Source: a virus
Lineage: Duplodnaviria > Caudoviricetes
Direction: 5' to 3' (one strand)
Virus record (IMG/VR): IMGVR_UViG_3300046170_000009
Coordinates: 1-50,203 of that record
Length of the DNA: 50,203 bases
The notes beneath the pieces were generated by a model. The model was not told where the DNA came from. It did no database searches and saw nothing but the letters and a program-made list of their open reading frames with translations. Shown one piece after another: positions 48,787 to 50,203 of this stretch. Made by a program: the position numbers and the translations under genes. The first letter of the stretch is position 1, and the number at the start of each line of letters is the position of its first letter.

Positions 48787-48808
48787 AGGGGCTTCGGCTC
48801 CCTTTTTT
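48787..48808 (+). terminator. intrinsic terminator with UUCG loop
   Basis: GGGGC-TTCG-GCTCC then CTTTTTT. Confidence 0.75.
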
Positions 48809-48821
48809 GTGGAGAAAAATC

Positions 48822-48920
48822 ATGACTAGAGCAGAAGCGCAGTACCGTGAAAATCGTTTGCTTATTGTAGCGGCCTGTTACATTGTAACTGTTATGGCTG
48901 GACTTATTCTGGCGTTATAG
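48822..48920 (+). CDS. small single-TM peptide (32 aa, not in ORF track)
   Basis: GGAG RBS; MTRAEAQYRENRLLIVAACYIVTVMAGLILAL; its stop lies within a palindrome. Confidence 0.6.
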   Translation: MTRAEAQYRENRLLIVAACYIVTVMAGLILAL

Positions 48921-48930
48921 AATCTATAAG
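48914..48930. promoter_or_regulatory. 17-bp palindromic motif copy
   Basis: GTTATAGAATCTATAAG. Confidence 0.8.
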
Positions 48931-48938
48931 CAATTTGT

Positions 48939-48960
48939 GGGGGCTTCGGCTCCTTTTTTT
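48939..48960 (+). terminator. intrinsic terminator with UUCG loop
   Basis: GGGGC-TTCG-GCTCC-TTTTTTT, nearly identical to the 48787 terminator. Confidence 0.78.
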
Positions 48961-48987
48961 ATGGCTGTATTATTTAGGAGAACAAAA

Positions 48988-49194
48988 ATGATTGTATTTA
49001 ATTATCCAAGCAAGAAAAATTTAAAAGAGAATGTTGGTCAGCCCTTAAAATATATTGAGACTAGTATGTTTGGGCCAGAATATATTAGGAATGGGCAATT
49101 GACCGGCGCTAATAGACCACATATTACTGGTCAGGGTCGTGAATTTTTTGCGACTGTCACCATGCGCGACGGTAAAATAGCGGGAGTAAAATAA
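48988..49194 (+). CDS. conserved hypothetical early protein
   Basis: AGGAG RBS before ATG 48988; YPSKK.LKE.VGQPL.Y.ETSMFGPEY motif. Confidence 0.7.
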   Translation: MIVFNYPSKKNLKENVGQPLKYIETSMFGPEYIRNGQLTGANRPHITGQGREFFATVTMRDGKIAGVK

Positions 49195-49373
49195 TGATAC
49201 TGACAAAAAAACAAAGAAAAGCCTTGTTTAATGTTTGGAATCGTGGTTCAGGTTTAAGCTATCTGCAATTCCGACGCACAGTAGAGCTTGGTTTTTGTAT
49301 GGATGGTGCAGTCATAGTACCTTGGAATGGAATGTGGTTAGCCATTGAGACTGATGGTTACACTCATTCTTAA
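49194..49373 (+). CDS. hypothetical early protein (59 aa, not in ORF track)
   Basis: TAATG coupling, GGAG RBS; ends WNGMWLAIETDGYTHS. Confidence 0.7.
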   Translation: MILTKKQRKALFNVWNRGSGLSYLQFRRTVELGFCMDGAVIVPWNGMWLAIETDGYTHS

Positions 49374-49377
49374 TTAG

Positions 49378-49394
49378 CTTATAGATTCTATAAG
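49378..49394. promoter_or_regulatory. 17-bp palindromic motif copy
   Basis: CTTATAGATTCTATAAG overlapping the AAGGAG RBS of the gene at 49405. Confidence 0.8.
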
Positions 49395-49404
49395 GAGATT
49401 TAAA

Positions 49405-49494
49405 ATGTATGAAGATGAAATAATTTTAGAAGCTGATGATTCTGTCGAGCAGTATGATGATATCGACAGCGAATCACCGCTTGACTTTAATTAA
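49405..49494 (+). CDS. very acidic 29-aa peptide (not in ORF track)
   Basis: AAGGAG RBS; MYEDEIILEADDSVEQYDDIDSESPLDFN. Confidence 0.6.
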   Translation: MYEDEIILEADDSVEQYDDIDSESPLDFN

Positions 49495-49509
49495 AAGTAA
49501 ATATAGTAT
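49481..49509 (+). promoter_or_regulatory. sigma70 promoter upstream of the DUF932-like gene
   Basis: TTGACT, 17 nt, TAGTAT. Confidence 0.65.
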
Positions 49510-49516
49510 TTCAAGT

Positions 49517-49537
49517 GGCTTATAGATTCTATAAGCC
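49517..49537. promoter_or_regulatory. extended 21-bp palindromic motif copy at the predicted transcription start
   Basis: GGCTTATAGATTCTATAAGCC starting 8 nt after the -10 box. Confidence 0.8.
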
Positions 49538-49572
49538 TTTTTCGTGTAGTAAAAACCAACTAGGAGACAATC

Positions 49573-50203
49573 ATGTCTAATGTACATTCGATATTCCAAA
49601 GACCCACACCTTCAATCTTTGATGAGGGTTATGGGCCTGCTGATTTTCCTGTGGCAACTCGCCCAATGCTTTTCTTCAATGATGACACCGATCAATGGTA
49701 TGAATCATCAAAGGTTGCAGTAGTCCGTACAGATACCATGCAAGAGCTAGGTGTGCATGGGAAAAACTACAAGCCTGTTGCACCCAAAGAACTTATACAG
49801 GCCCAGCGTGATATCATCATGCGTAGTGACTTGGAAACTGGTGGTATAACTGAGCGTATTGAGACTGCCTATCACGGCGCGGCTACGTTTGTAAAGTATC
49901 GCTTACCTGAGCATACTTATACTACGCCTGACGGTGACACAGCTTGTCTGACCCTGCTGGGTGTAACCTCGTTGAACAGTACATTTTCTTTTCTTATGTC
50001 TGCGGGTGCTCTTCAATCCGCTTGCTTCAACGGGCAAGTATTTGTTGGTGGAGCGGCGGCTTTGTTCAAGGCTCGACACACCAAGAACCTTGATATACAA
50101 GCGGCGGCTAGGTCTATCACAAAATCTCTAGAGGTTTTCCAGACTGAGCAAGAGCTATGGGCTGAGATGTATCGGACTCAGGTTACAGCCAAGCAAGCCA
50201 TGT
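49573..50203 (+). CDS. DUF932/DUF945-like phage protein, 5' part (continues across the window end into 1-317)
   Basis: AGGAG then ATG at 49573; open to the window end (631 nt) and in frame with 1-317 if circular; motifs VVRTDT..LGVHGKNYKPV and CFNG resemble DUF932. Confidence 0.75.
   Translation, partial: MSNVHSIFQRPTPSIFDEGYGPADFPVATRPMLFFNDDTDQWYESSKVAVVRTDTMQELGVHGKNYKPVAPKELIQAQRDIIMRSDLETGGITERIETAYHGAATFVKYRLPEHTYTTPDGDTACLTLLGVTSLNSTFSFLMSAGALQSACFNGQVFVGGAAALFKARHTKNLDIQAAARSITKSLEVFQTEQELWAEMYRTQVTAKQAM

Noticed and set aside
1-50203. tRNA genes, introns or inteins in polA, nrdJ or terL
   Set aside because: No cloverleaf or T-loop motif noticed in intergenic gaps, and these genes are uninterrupted and of ordinary length; a tRNAscan run would be needed to be certain

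Overview
The window appears to be an entire ~50.2 kb circularly assembled genome of a lytic, marine-type podovirus-like dsDNA phage; a DUF932-like ORF runs in frame across the 50203/1 junction. The + strand arm (~47999 through the junction to 13739) holds small early genes, two DNA-glycosylase-like genes, DUF3310, MazG, SSB, T7-like primase-helicase, family A polymerase (Tyr762 type), three PD-(D/E)XK-type nucleases and a class II (B12-dependent) ribonucleotide reductase. The - strand arm (47122 down to 13723) holds TerS, TerL, portal, scaffold, major capsid, tail adaptor and nozzle, four tail fibres, a lysis cassette and large internal virion proteins. No RNA polymerase, integrase, tRNA or CRISPR array was seen. 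Three genes carry apparent indels, probably long-read errors. The most notable unexplained structure is: (1) eight copies of a 17-bp palindrome, (C/G)TTATAGA(A/T)TCTATAAG, at early-gene boundaries; (2) a short R-x-x-(F/Y/K/R/M)-x-x-G-G-x-(V/I)-like peptide tag recurring in eight unrelated late proteins; (3) a thrice-repeated internal-loop RNA hairpin in the scaffold leader; (4) a face-to-face pair of sigma54-consensus sites and back-to-back perfect sigma70 promoters in the control region; (5) a DNA-level repeat at module junctions of three tail fibres; (6) apparent genome-wide GCWGC avoidance. All family calls come from motif recognition by eye, not database searches.
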